The notes below the pieces were generated by a model. It was not told the DNA's origin and did no database searches. It saw only the letters and a list, made by a program, of their open reading frames with translations. 38,296 bases of DNA. Source: Alphaproteobacteria bacterium. Lineage in GTDB: Bacteria > Pseudomonadota > Alphaproteobacteria > Micavibrionales > CSBR16-224. Numbering within the stretch: the stretch's first letter is position 1; each line of letters begins with the position of its first letter. Positions 9,093-17,434 of this stretch are shown one piece after another. The stretch is taken from the NCBI GenBank assembly GCA_006226225.1, contig SBHI01000085.1, forward strand, positions 1 to 38,296, in the 5' to 3' direction. A program made the position numbers and the translations under genes.

Positions 9093-10256
9093 GTGACCAC
9101 ATCCCCGATATCAAAACCATTGCCGAAAATTGAAGCTATTGCGGGCTTTAAGACACTGGCCTGCATACTGATTTTACTGCACCACATTTCTTATTCCTAT
9201 GCACATGCCGATTATTCCCGGACGTTCCTGACCGTTTTCAATATCGATTTCTACCCTCTGCTGGTCAATGGCTGGATCGGCATCTATATGTATTTCGGCC
9301 TGTGCGGCTATTTCGTCATGCGGTCATGGTGGAATATGCCGCAGCGCAACTATAAAGAATATGCGGTTGCGCGCGCCCGGCGCTTTTTGCCGCTTTATTA
9401 TTTCATGCTGCTGATCGTTTTACTGAAGTTCTTCCCCGATTACAAAATGATGAACCCGCCGCATCTGTCATCCATTCTGTATCACGTTTTTCTTGTCTCC
9501 GACTTTTTCCTGCCCGATGTCATGGTACTGTTTGCAACCGCATCGGGAGAATTTAAAATCGCGCTTTTACTGCCTTTCATTCTTTTGTTTTGCCTGCGCC
9601 ATAAAAATCCCGACCGTTCCCTGTTTATTATGATGGCGGTACTGGTGATTGCAGGGCTTGGCTTTCGCCTTTTCGGCTACAGCCATTATGATGTGATATA
9701 TGTATATGCCTTTAATTATTTTATGTTTTTTACACATTGCATGATGGCTTTCGTCCATGCGCTTGACCCCGTTGTCTGCGGCGTGCTGGTTGCCTATCTG
9801 GAATTCATTTCGCAAAAACGCGGAAAACCTGTGATTTCCCAGAGAATGGCGAAAATTCTTTTCCGATGTTCAATTGCCGCGCTGCTGATCTGGATGTTTT
9901 GCGGTGAGAAACTGCTGCATGTCACCCTTTATGACGCGACCTTGCAGCCCATTCTTGTCGGTATTCTGACAGGCTGTATCCTTGCCGGTGTTGTCTTTGG
10001 CGGCGCGCCACGCTTTTTCGAAGGCGGGTTTTCAAAAAATGTCGCGCGCCTGTCCTATGCTATTTATCTCGTGCATATCCCCTTAATTGCGACATCATAC
10101 CGTATTCTGGCCTTTACCCCTCATGCGGGACAATCGCATCTGACCAATTTCCTCTATGTCCTGCCCGCGTATTTTCTTATCGTTTGGATTGCCGCAGAAC
10201 TTTTACAGCGCTTTGTCGAAGAGCCTTTTGTCCGCAAACTCAAACTCTACAGATAA
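9093..10256 (+). CDS. Acyltransferase family 3 integral membrane protein
   Basis: 387 aa, about 10 TM segments, GTG start. The N-terminal motif IAGFKTLACILILLHH resembles the acyltransferase-3 (OafA/NolL-like) opening helix with its conserved His, and a late AIYLVHIPL motif is present. Confidence 0.65.
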   Translation: MTTSPISKPLPKIEAIAGFKTLACILILLHHISYSYAHADYSRTFLTVFNIDFYPLLVNGWIGIYMYFGLCGYFVMRSWWNMPQRNYKEYAVARARRFLPLYYFMLLIVLLKFFPDYKMMNPPHLSSILYHVFLVSDFFLPDVMVLFATASGEFKIALLLPFILLFCLRHKNPDRSLFIMMAVLVIAGLGFRLFGYSHYDVIYVYAFNYFMFFTHCMMAFVHALDPVVCGVLVAYLEFISQKRGKPVISQRMAKILFRCSIAALLIWMFCGEKLLHVTLYDATLQPILVGILTGCILAGVVFGGAPRFFEGGFSKNVARLSYAIYLVHIPLIATSYRILAFTPHAGQSHLTNFLYVLPAYFLIVWIAAELLQRFVEEPFVRKLKLYR

Positions 10257-10331
10257 GCCGCCAGCCAGCTTGAAAGCCTGCTGCTTTTCTGCTATCTGTT
10301 TCTTTTGCAACAGGACAAGGGAGCAGATAGC

Positions 10332-11453
10332 GTGAGAAAAACAGTTATCAGCGGCACAGGGCTTTACACGCCGCCACAGGCCATTTCCAATGAAGAGCTG
10401 GTTACCGCCTTTAATGCATTCGTCGATGATTTTAATGCAAAGAACGCTGCTGCGATTGCCGCAGGCGAAATTGAAGCATTACAGCATTCCAGCGCGGAAT
10501 TCATCGAGAAAGCCTCGGGAATCAAAAGCCGCTATGTCATGGAAAAGCACGGCATTTTAGACCCGCAGCGCATGTGCCCGGAAATTCCCGAACGCAGCAA
10601 TGACGAGATTTCCGTTCTTGCGGAAATCGGACTGCAAGCCGCACGCGAAGCCATCAAAAATGCCGGTCTTACACCTGAAGATATTGACGGCGTTGTTGTC
10701 GCAGCCTCCAATATGCAGCGCCCCTATCCCGCTATGGCTATCGAAATTCAAAATGCGCTGGGCATCGGCGGCTTCGGCTTTGATATGAATGTCGCCTGTT
10801 CTTCCGCAACTTTTGGCATACAGGTCTCGAATGATATGGTGGCTGCCGGTTCCGCCGACCGTATTTTGATGGTCAATCCTGAAATCTGCTCGGGCCATCT
10901 GAATTTCCGCGACCGCGATTCCCATTTCATTTTCGGCGATGTCGCTACCGCGATGGTGATCGAAGCCGAAGAAAAAGCAACCGCCCCGGTGCAATGGAAT
11001 ATCCTCAGCACACGGCTGAAAACGTCCTACTCAAACAACATTCGTAACAATTTCGGTTTTCTGAACCGTTGTGATGAAAACGGCATCGGCAAAAAAGACA
11101 AACTCTTCGTACAGGAGGGGCGTAAAGTCTTTAAAGAAGTCGTGCCGATGGTTGCGGACATGATTACCACCCATCTTGAAGATCTAGGGTTATCCCCTGA
11201 CGGCGTGCGCCGCATCTGGCTGCATCAGGCCAATCTGGGCATGAACCAGCTGATTGCCAAAAAGGTCTTCAGCCGCGAAATTGATCCCGATACCACACCG
11301 ACCATTCTGGACAGCTATGCCAATACCAGCTCTGCCGGATCGGTCATTGCCTTCCATAAACATTCGCAAGATCTATCATCGGGGGATATCGGGCTATTGT
11401 GTTCGTTTGGCGCAGGATATTCAGCGGGATCAATTATCGTACAGCGGCGCTAA
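10332..11453 (+). CDS. Beta-ketoacyl-ACP synthase III family (FabH-like, long form) condensing enzyme
   Basis: The Cys-His-Asn triad is in context: NVACSSATFG, WLHQANLGMN, YANTSSAGS, with a terminal FGAGYSAGS. The ORF track starts at TTG 10305. I prefer GTG 10332, which is preceded by AGGGAG (10317-10322). Confidence 0.8.
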   Translation: MRKTVISGTGLYTPPQAISNEELVTAFNAFVDDFNAKNAAAIAAGEIEALQHSSAEFIEKASGIKSRYVMEKHGILDPQRMCPEIPERSNDEISVLAEIGLQAAREAIKNAGLTPEDIDGVVVAASNMQRPYPAMAIEIQNALGIGGFGFDMNVACSSATFGIQVSNDMVAAGSADRILMVNPEICSGHLNFRDRDSHFIFGDVATAMVIEAEEKATAPVQWNILSTRLKTSYSNNIRNNFGFLNRCDENGIGKKDKLFVQEGRKVFKEVVPMVADMITTHLEDLGLSPDGVRRIWLHQANLGMNQLIAKKVFSREIDPDTTPTILDSYANTSSAGSVIAFHKHSQDLSSGDIGLLCSFGAGYSAGSIIVQRR

Positions 11454-11461
11454 AGCCCTTA

Positions 11462-11656
11462 TCAGCCCGGCCCCATAACCGCTTCGTATAAGCCATCATA
11501 GAATGCCGCGATCGTGTCGCCAAAGGCGTAAACAACGCCAAAAATCGCCACGGCAATACCGGCAACCATCAGAGAATATTCGATTGCTGTTGCGCCGCTG
11601 GTATCCGACCGGAATTTGCGAAAAGAGAAAGCCACCCGTTTTTTGCGCCAAAACAT
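11462..11656 (-). CDS. flp: Flp/Fap family type IVb (Tad) pilin precursor
   Basis: 64 aa. A basic leader is followed by the prepilin peptidase site and Flp motif SG/ATAIEYSLMVAGIAVAIFGVV. Confidence 0.85.
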   Translation of the reverse strand: MFWRKKRVAFSFRKFRSDTSGATAIEYSLMVAGIAVAIFGVVYAFGDTIAAFYDGLYEAVMGPG

Positions 11657-11835
11657 ATAAATCTACACCCGCTGCGGTTAAAATTGCCTCTTTTTCTATT
11701 TTATCCTATTCCGGCGGATTTTTCCAATAAGAAACGCTTTATATGCGGGGATCACTACAGCACGCTCCTCCATAAACCCTTGCAATAAGCGCAGAAAATG
11801 GGGAGAATAATGACTCTGAACAAAGGAGTTTTTCC

Positions 11836-12162
11836 ATGCAGCGCTGCAGTCGTTTTCTTATTTTATTACTGGCTTTGGCCGTTTTCCTGCCCACTCCCGC
11901 CATGGCGGACCCCCCTGCATCCTGCAAGGATGAAACAGCCGCATGGCGCAGCTGTAAAAGCGAGAAAGATTGCGTCACAATCTCCAACCCTTGCGGCTGG
12001 CCATCAGATGCCGCGAATAAAGCCTTCGCGGAACAGGCACAGCAATGCAACATCAGACGCGGTGCCGCGATCGGTTGCCCTGCATATGATATAGAACGGG
12101 ACGGCAGTTATACCGCACGCTGCATTGTCGGCAAATGCGTTGCCGTCAAAGATATTCCGTAA
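11836..12162 (+). CDS. Small secreted Cys-rich protein (hypothetical)
   Basis: 108 aa. AAAGGAG RBS, signal peptide FLILLLALAVFLPTPAMA, 8 Cys in the mature part, and a strong hairpin terminator downstream. Confidence 0.6.
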   Translation: MQRCSRFLILLLALAVFLPTPAMADPPASCKDETAAWRSCKSEKDCVTISNPCGWPSDAANKAFAEQAQQCNIRRGAAIGCPAYDIERDGSYTARCIVGKCVAVKDIP

Positions 12163-12208
12163 TCCGCAATTGACATATTTATAATATTGCCATAATGTGC
12201 TGCCATTC

Positions 12209-12245
12209 CTTACATGCCGAGTCGGTATGTAAGTCATTCTTTTTA
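12209..12245 (+). terminator. Rho-independent terminator
   Basis: CTTACATGCCG-AGT-CGGTATGTAAG forms an 11-bp stem (one G-U pair) with a 3-nt loop, followed by TCATTCTTTTT. Confidence 0.7.
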
Positions 12246-12263
12246 TATTAATGGAGGGTTCCC

Positions 12264-12989
12264 ATGATCAAAGCAGAAGATTTTTTCAAACAGCACGAAA
12301 GCAAAGCAGGCGAATGCGTTTTCGCACCTACAGTTGAGGCACGCCATGTTCAGAAAGGCGACAGCGTCATCATTAATGTCGGTTTTAATATTCAGACCAC
12401 AGCAGAAGAGGACGGCTGGCAGGTTTTTGTCGGGCGCACCCCTAAATTTGTCAATGAAGAAGACTTTGCCGCACAATTTCTGAAACTTGACCTGCAAGGC
12501 ACGCAGGAGCTGCCGGAAGGCGCAACAGCCGACCCCGTTCTGAAAGGACAGGAAATCTATGTCCAGCCTTGGGATGATACCGAGCTGGGTGTGGTTGCCA
12601 ATGCCGAAAGCGCCGGATGGGTCGTAACCCTGCCGGAAAACGGCAAACCGCGCTTTATGTCCGATGCGGAATTTCGCGCCACATATAAAACGGATGCCGC
12701 ACCTTTGGCTGATGACGGGCAACAGGGCGTTTTTCGATATGTCCCGCAGGAAGATGGCCCCTCTCACCGTTTTGTCGTACTGACCGAAGACACAACATTT
12801 GATTTCGCCGATGGTGCCTATACGGCAGCAGCAGGATATGTTCTGTATGAGAATAAAGATGATGTCGATGGCTATACTGTTGTTCCCGGCGATCATTTCA
12901 AAGAGAATTACACCGTCACAAAAGTACCGGAAGCGCCGCAAAATGATGCAAAACGCAGCGGCCCGAAAGGCAACCGCTTCACACGCTGA
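12264..12989 (+). CDS. Acidic hypothetical protein with three internal beta-type repeats
   Basis: 241 aa. GGAGG RBS 6 nt upstream, a normal amino-acid composition, and a bidirectional terminator downstream. The repeated element is GW.V...(P)(K/R)F..(E/D)(E/A)(D/E)F...(Y/F)K at GWQVFVGRTPKFVNEEDFAAQFLK, GWVVTLPENGKPRFMSDAEFRATYK and GYTVVPGDHFKENYTVTK. Confidence 0.6.
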   Translation: MIKAEDFFKQHESKAGECVFAPTVEARHVQKGDSVIINVGFNIQTTAEEDGWQVFVGRTPKFVNEEDFAAQFLKLDLQGTQELPEGATADPVLKGQEIYVQPWDDTELGVVANAESAGWVVTLPENGKPRFMSDAEFRATYKTDAAPLADDGQQGVFRYVPQEDGPSHRFVVLTEDTTFDFADGAYTAAAGYVLYENKDDVDGYTVVPGDHFKENYTVTKVPEAPQNDAKRSGPKGNRFTR

Positions 12990-13011
12990 TCGCGGGCCTT
13001 ATACATCAAAG

Positions 13012-13049
13012 AAAAAGCCTGACAGCGGATAGTCTGTCAGGCTTTTTTC
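13012..13049. terminator. Bidirectional rho-independent terminator between convergent genes
   Basis: AAAAA-AGCCTGACAG-CGGATAGT-CTGTCAGGCT-TTTTTT. This is a 10-bp perfect stem flanked by an A-tract and a T-tract. Confidence 0.8.
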
Positions 13050-13070
13050 TTTCAGTCACACAGGCGTCTT

Positions 13071-13595
13071 TTACATGCCGTGTTTTTTGTCTTTTGTTTT
13101 GCGCGCCTTCGCTTTTGGCTGCTTGTCAGCCTTAACGGCTTTGGGCGCAGATTTTTCGAAGTCAGACTGTGCGGATTTTCCGGTCAAAGCCGTTTCCTCT
13201 GTGTGCACAGCAGCATTGCGCGCGGTGGTATCAACAGATTGTTCCGCTTTTTTTCCACGCCCGAATAATTTCTCTTTCGCCGCTTTCAAACCGCGCCCCG
13301 CCAGTGCAAAAGGCGCATAAAGCGCCATTGCTGACCCCGCAATAATATATTCCTTGTTTTTATAAATGGCGTTGGCGGCAATAAAACCTGTGATGCCGAC
13401 AACAACGCCCAAGGCTGCCCCTGCCGCAGCGCAGGCAACACCAAGAGCCACAGCTCCACCGGCTGTTGCGCCGAAGAAACCGGCCGTTGCGCCGAGATAA
13501 CCGCCGCCCGCCAGCCCCAGTACGGGAATTGCTCCTGCCACATAAAGCGACAATGTCTCGAAACGTTCACGATTGTTACGCCATTTTTTTGCCAT
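13071..13595 (-). CDS. Glycine-zipper membrane protein with Lys-rich C-terminal tail (hypothetical)
   Basis: 174 aa. The Gly/Ala-rich hydrophobic core (GLAGGGYLGATAGFFGATAGGAVALGVACAAAGAALGVVVGITG) is followed by a basic low-complexity tail (KADKQPKAKARKTKDKKHG). Confidence 0.5.
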   Translation of the reverse strand: MAKKWRNNRERFETLSLYVAGAIPVLGLAGGGYLGATAGFFGATAGGAVALGVACAAAGAALGVVVGITGFIAANAIYKNKEYIIAGSAMALYAPFALAGRGLKAAKEKLFGRGKKAEQSVDTTARNAAVHTEETALTGKSAQSDFEKSAPKAVKADKQPKAKARKTKDKKHGM

Positions 13596-13742
13596 GACAT
13601 CCTCACAAAATAATCATATTGAATGCCCGAAAGGTGACATAACGTGCCAAGGATGGCAAGGATTATATTGCCATCAATGTCCTCTTTCCGAATCAATGAT
13701 TTTGGCGTAGTGTTTGATAGTAAAATATTATGCAGGGCAAAA

Positions 13743-14216
13743 ATGCAAACGACTGAACGCCTCGCTTCCTATCGTATCGCCCCCGCTCTTCCGGCTGATA
13801 TCGGCCGCCTTCAGGAGCTTGAAACGGATTCCTTTTCCAGTGACCGCCTGTCCCGCCGCCAGATGCTGTACCATCTGCATAATCCGCGCGCCGTATTCCT
13901 GACAGTCAGGGAAGAGAACGGCAGCCAGACCGCTTTGGGTTATGCACTTATTCTGCGTGCAAAAAACCGCCCTGCACGGCTGTATTCCATTGTCGTCGCG
14001 AAAGAATCCCGCGGGCTGGGACTGGGAAAAATTTTGTGCCGTGCCGGACTGGATGCCTTGCGTGATGCAGGCGAGAAAAAACTGCTACTGGAAGTCGACG
14101 CCCATGACAACGCGACTGTCGGCTTTTATGAAAGACTAGGATTTGAAACAATACGCCGCCTGCCCGCCTATTACGAAGACGGACGGGATGCCCTTAAAAT
14201 GCAGGTATTGCTATGA
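13743..14216 (+). CDS. GNAT family N-acetyltransferase
   Basis: Acetyl-CoA motif A (IVVAKESRGLGLGKIL) and motif B (FYERLGFE) are present. The ORF track starts at 13644. ATG 13743 gives a canonical roughly 157-aa GNAT. Its stop overlaps the next ATG (ATGA at 14213-14216). Confidence 0.8.
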   Translation: MQTTERLASYRIAPALPADIGRLQELETDSFSSDRLSRRQMLYHLHNPRAVFLTVREENGSQTALGYALILRAKNRPARLYSIVVAKESRGLGLGKILCRAGLDALRDAGEKKLLLEVDAHDNATVGFYERLGFETIRRLPAYYEDGRDALKMQVLL

Positions 14217-15700
14217 AAGAAAACACACCCGTCAAACATATCATCGTTTCCGACAAGCCGCTGGACTTTTTGCCTACGGATCCTGCCGTTCTGACCATGA
14301 GCGCCACCGATTTTATTGCCAATAAAGTCGAGATTGATCTGCGCAAACAGCCGCTGCTGAAAGTTATTAACCTATGCAGCAATTTCGATTATCTGTCGAA
14401 AGGCTATTACTGCTCCCTGCTTGCCGAGGCACGCGGCATGCGCTGTGTTCCCTCTGTCGCCCATATCGTTACACTAAACTGGAAACGTAACTATCAATCG
14501 GAACTGCCTGAATTAAATGCGCTTTTGGAAAAGCATTACAAGGAAGAGCCGGACGAGCCACTCGCCCGCACCTATACCGTCTATTTCGGACGCTGCAAGA
14601 TCGAGCAGTTGGAGCCGCTGGCGCGGCGCTTGTTTGATATGTTCCGTTTTCCGCTGATGCAGGTGGAGATCAAAGCCGACCCGAAAGGAAAATGGATCAT
14701 CAGTGATATTGCACCGCTGTCCTTGGCGGAATTGCCTGTGATGAAACAGGACTACTTCATTTCCTCTCTGCAGAAATTTACCGGTTCGGCATGGCGCAGC
14801 CCGCAAAAGAAAAAAGAGAAATATTGGATTGCCATTCTGCATGACCCGGAAGAACAGCATGCACCATCAAACAAAACGGCCTTGCAGAAATTTATCAAGG
14901 CAGGAAAAGATCTGAATGTGTCCGTTGAACTCATTACAAAGAATGACTTTTCTTCCCTACTGGAATATGACGGGCTACTGATCCGCGAAACAACGGCAAT
15001 TAATCACCACACCTACCGCTTTGCTTTAAAAGCGGAGAGCGAGGACATTCCCTCCATTGACGATACCCATTCCATCATCCGCTGCTGTAACAAGGTCTTT
15101 CAATACGAAATACTGCATGCGCACCGGATACCGCTGCCAAAAACATGGATTCTGGATCGAAAATCGGCGAAAACCAGCGTCGGATCTTTTACCTTTCCGT
15201 TGGTGGTCAAGATCCCGGACGGGGCCTTTTCGCTCGGCGTCATCAAAGTCGATAAGGAAGAAAAATTTCAGGCCGCCGTCAGCGACCTTTTGAAAAAATC
15301 GGAGATTATTCTGGTGCAGGAATTTGTGCAGTCGGAATTTGACTGGCGCATCGGCGTGCTGGATGGGCAACCGCTTTTCGCCTGTAAATATTTCATGGCT
15401 GACGGACATTGGCAAATTTACAATCACAGCTCCAAAACCAAAAAAGGTCAGGAAGGCGCGCATATCACCATGGCGGTTGAAGACGTTCCTAAAGCCGTCA
15501 TGGATGTTGCAACCAAAGCCGCCAAGCTGATCGGTGACGGGCTTTATGGTGTGGACTTAAAGCAGTTCGGTGATGACATCGTGGTTATGGAGGTGAATGA
15601 CAACCCCAATTTGGATGCTGGCATCGAAGACCAGCATCTGGGCGACAAACTTTACCGCACCGTACTAGAAAGCCTGATCACACGCATTGAAAACCGTTAA
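14213..15700 (+). CDS. RimK-type ATP-grasp ligase (alpha-L-glutamate-ligase-like) with an N-terminal extra domain
   Basis: 495 aa. The C-terminal ATP-grasp is PLVVKIPDGAFSLGVIKV...ILVQEFVQSEFDWRIGVLDGQPLFACKYFMADGHWQIYNH...GLYGVDLKQFGDDIVVMEVNDNPNLDAGIE. Confidence 0.8.
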   Translation: MKENTPVKHIIVSDKPLDFLPTDPAVLTMSATDFIANKVEIDLRKQPLLKVINLCSNFDYLSKGYYCSLLAEARGMRCVPSVAHIVTLNWKRNYQSELPELNALLEKHYKEEPDEPLARTYTVYFGRCKIEQLEPLARRLFDMFRFPLMQVEIKADPKGKWIISDIAPLSLAELPVMKQDYFISSLQKFTGSAWRSPQKKKEKYWIAILHDPEEQHAPSNKTALQKFIKAGKDLNVSVELITKNDFSSLLEYDGLLIRETTAINHHTYRFALKAESEDIPSIDDTHSIIRCCNKVFQYEILHAHRIPLPKTWILDRKSAKTSVGSFTFPLVVKIPDGAFSLGVIKVDKEEKFQAAVSDLLKKSEIILVQEFVQSEFDWRIGVLDGQPLFACKYFMADGHWQIYNHSSKTKKGQEGAHITMAVEDVPKAVMDVATKAAKLIGDGLYGVDLKQFGDDIVVMEVNDNPNLDAGIEDQHLGDKLYRTVLESLITRIENR

Positions 15701-15703
15701 ATT

Positions 15704-16423
15704 TTACCGGCACAGATTATCCTGACAGACCGGAACAGGTTGCGGACAATCCATTTCACAATGCTCGTATTCCGTGCGTGATGCCGCGCAGAAATCTTTG
15801 TGCTTTTGCGCGTATTCTTCCGCAAAGGCTTTGGCAATCGGTGTGCCGCAGTCACAACTGCCGCAATGCGTTACAATAGCCGTACAATCATCCGCCGTTT
15901 CACACAGCCGTGCCTCTGCCGGGATTTTCGTATGTTCACCGATGCCGACAAACTGTTCCAGCACCGCGATATCGCCCTGCGATTTCGCATGTTCCAGAGG
16001 TACGGTATTGCTGCACAGCGGCACCCAGAACAAATCGCCAAGCTTTCTAGTGCCAATCACCAAAAAGCTTTGCTGCGGAGGAAACACATCTCCCCAATAC
16101 GTATTATAAAGAATGGCGACTTTTTGTCCTTGTGCAACCCCCTTCCACGGTTTTCTGACAGTGAAGTCAAACACTCGCAAGTTTGATGTGTCTCCGCCTT
16201 TCATCGATAAATTATGCAATTTGAATGCTGCTTTTTCCCTGCGGGTCAGCTCACGCGATTCTGCTGCCGCACCTTCAAAAATGACCGGAACAGAGGCAAT
16301 ATTTTTCTCATTCAGGGGGGCGGCAGCACAGCTGAGTGCATAGGCTGACACAGCGCCGCTCAAGACAACAACCAGCGCAACAATCATGCAAAGAATTTTT
16401 TGAGACATAGATAAACCTTTCAA
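15704..16423 (-). CDS. Secreted two-domain protein: possible TIMP/NTR-like OB N-domain plus a C-terminal Cys-rich module
   Basis: 239 aa with signal peptide ILCMIVALVVVLSGAVSAYA. The mature N-terminus is near SCAAAP. The C-terminal 65 aa carry 10 Cys and share a motif with the 11836-12162 product. Confidence 0.6.
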   Translation of the reverse strand: MKGLSMSQKILCMIVALVVVLSGAVSAYALSCAAAPLNEKNIASVPVIFEGAAAESRELTRREKAAFKLHNLSMKGGDTSNLRVFDFTVRKPWKGVAQGQKVAILYNTYWGDVFPPQQSFLVIGTRKLGDLFWVPLCSNTVPLEHAKSQGDIAVLEQFVGIGEHTKIPAEARLCETADDCTAIVTHCGSCDCGTPIAKAFAEEYAQKHKDFCAASRTEYEHCEMDCPQPVPVCQDNLCR

Positions 16424-16458
16424 AAAACATTCCTGCGTTATTTTAGGCGGAAAAACGA

Positions 16459-17304
16459 TCAGAACAAAGCACGAATAGCATCGGCGATCACCTGTATCGC
16501 CTTCACATTTTTATTTTCCATGCGAAAAATCATACAATGTTCATCATAAAAAACCGGCGCTCTTGGTACGCGCACGAGTTTTTTACGCGCCATCCCCGCA
16601 ACACGCGCGGGCAGAATTCCCGTGCCGCAGCCATTGGCCGTCAAATCCGCAATCACCTCAAGACTGCCGGAAAAAACAGTGCGTTCAAAAGACATGCCGC
16701 GTTTTTTTAAATCCTTCAGCAAGGACTGTGATTGCAGCAAATCGGGATCACAGATCAAAACGCCGGGATTTTTTTGCGCCCCTTTCTCGGGAAGCCATAA
16801 GGTCACTTCATCCTTACACAGCTGATGAATAATTAAATCCGGGTGCTGGGCGGGATTCACAACAACACCGATATCCGTTTTCATGCTGATCACATTTTCG
16901 GCCACCTTGCGGGACAAATCATGGCGGAGCGTAATATTCAAATGCGGATGTTTCGCCATCATCTCCGGCAAAAAACCCGACAGCAGCGCCAGTGCAACGG
17001 AGGGGTGACTACCGATGGAATAACTGCCGCGAATTTCATTCATTGATGCCTGCGCCTCGGCACGGATATCCTCCCATGACTGCAGCAGCATTTTCGCATG
17101 TGTTAGAAGCTGCTTGCCCGCCTGCGTTAAAGTCACGCCGCGTTTACTGCGCGTCAATAATGCCGCACCTGTTGCATGCTCAAGCCTTTGCATTGCCAGT
17201 GACAGTGAGGGCTGACTGATACCAAGACGTTCCGCGGCACGGGAAACATTCAGCGTATTGGCAACCTCGACAAAATAGGTCAGATCGGCGGGGGAAGGAA
17301 TCAT
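16459..17304 (-). CDS. LysR family transcriptional regulator
   Basis: 281 aa. The N-terminal wHTH is LTYFVEVANTLNVSRAAERLGISQPSLSLAMQRLE, followed by a typical LysR substrate-binding domain. It is divergent from the gene at 17435. Confidence 0.9.
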   Translation of the reverse strand: MIPSPADLTYFVEVANTLNVSRAAERLGISQPSLSLAMQRLEHATGAALLTRSKRGVTLTQAGKQLLTHAKMLLQSWEDIRAEAQASMNEIRGSYSIGSHPSVALALLSGFLPEMMAKHPHLNITLRHDLSRKVAENVISMKTDIGVVVNPAQHPDLIIHQLCKDEVTLWLPEKGAQKNPGVLICDPDLLQSQSLLKDLKKRGMSFERTVFSGSLEVIADLTANGCGTGILPARVAGMARKKLVRVPRAPVFYDEHCMIFRMENKNVKAIQVIADAIRALF

Positions 17305-17324
17305 AGTTTTTACCTATTACAATT

Positions 17325-17342
17325 ATAATAAATTGATATTAT
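17325..17342. promoter_or_regulatory. Possible LysR-type dyad (ATAATA-N6-TATTAT, containing T-N11-A) in the divergent intergenic region
   Basis: The inverted repeat is seen directly. However, the region is very AT-rich, so a chance occurrence is plausible. Confidence 0.25.
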
Positions 17343-17434
17343 ATCTATAAAATAAATCACGCTAGGATTTTCTTAGGCCGGATGAAAAACAAACCATAAT
17401 CCGGACAACCCACAAGGAACCAAGGAGAAAAGCT

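Noticed and set aside
12243-12941. 232-aa minus-strand ORF mirroring the 12264-12989 gene
   Set aside because: Its Cys/Phe/Ile-rich composition is typical of antisense read-through. It has no SD, and the flanking terminator geometry fits the plus-strand gene. It is kept only as a curiosity in the findings.
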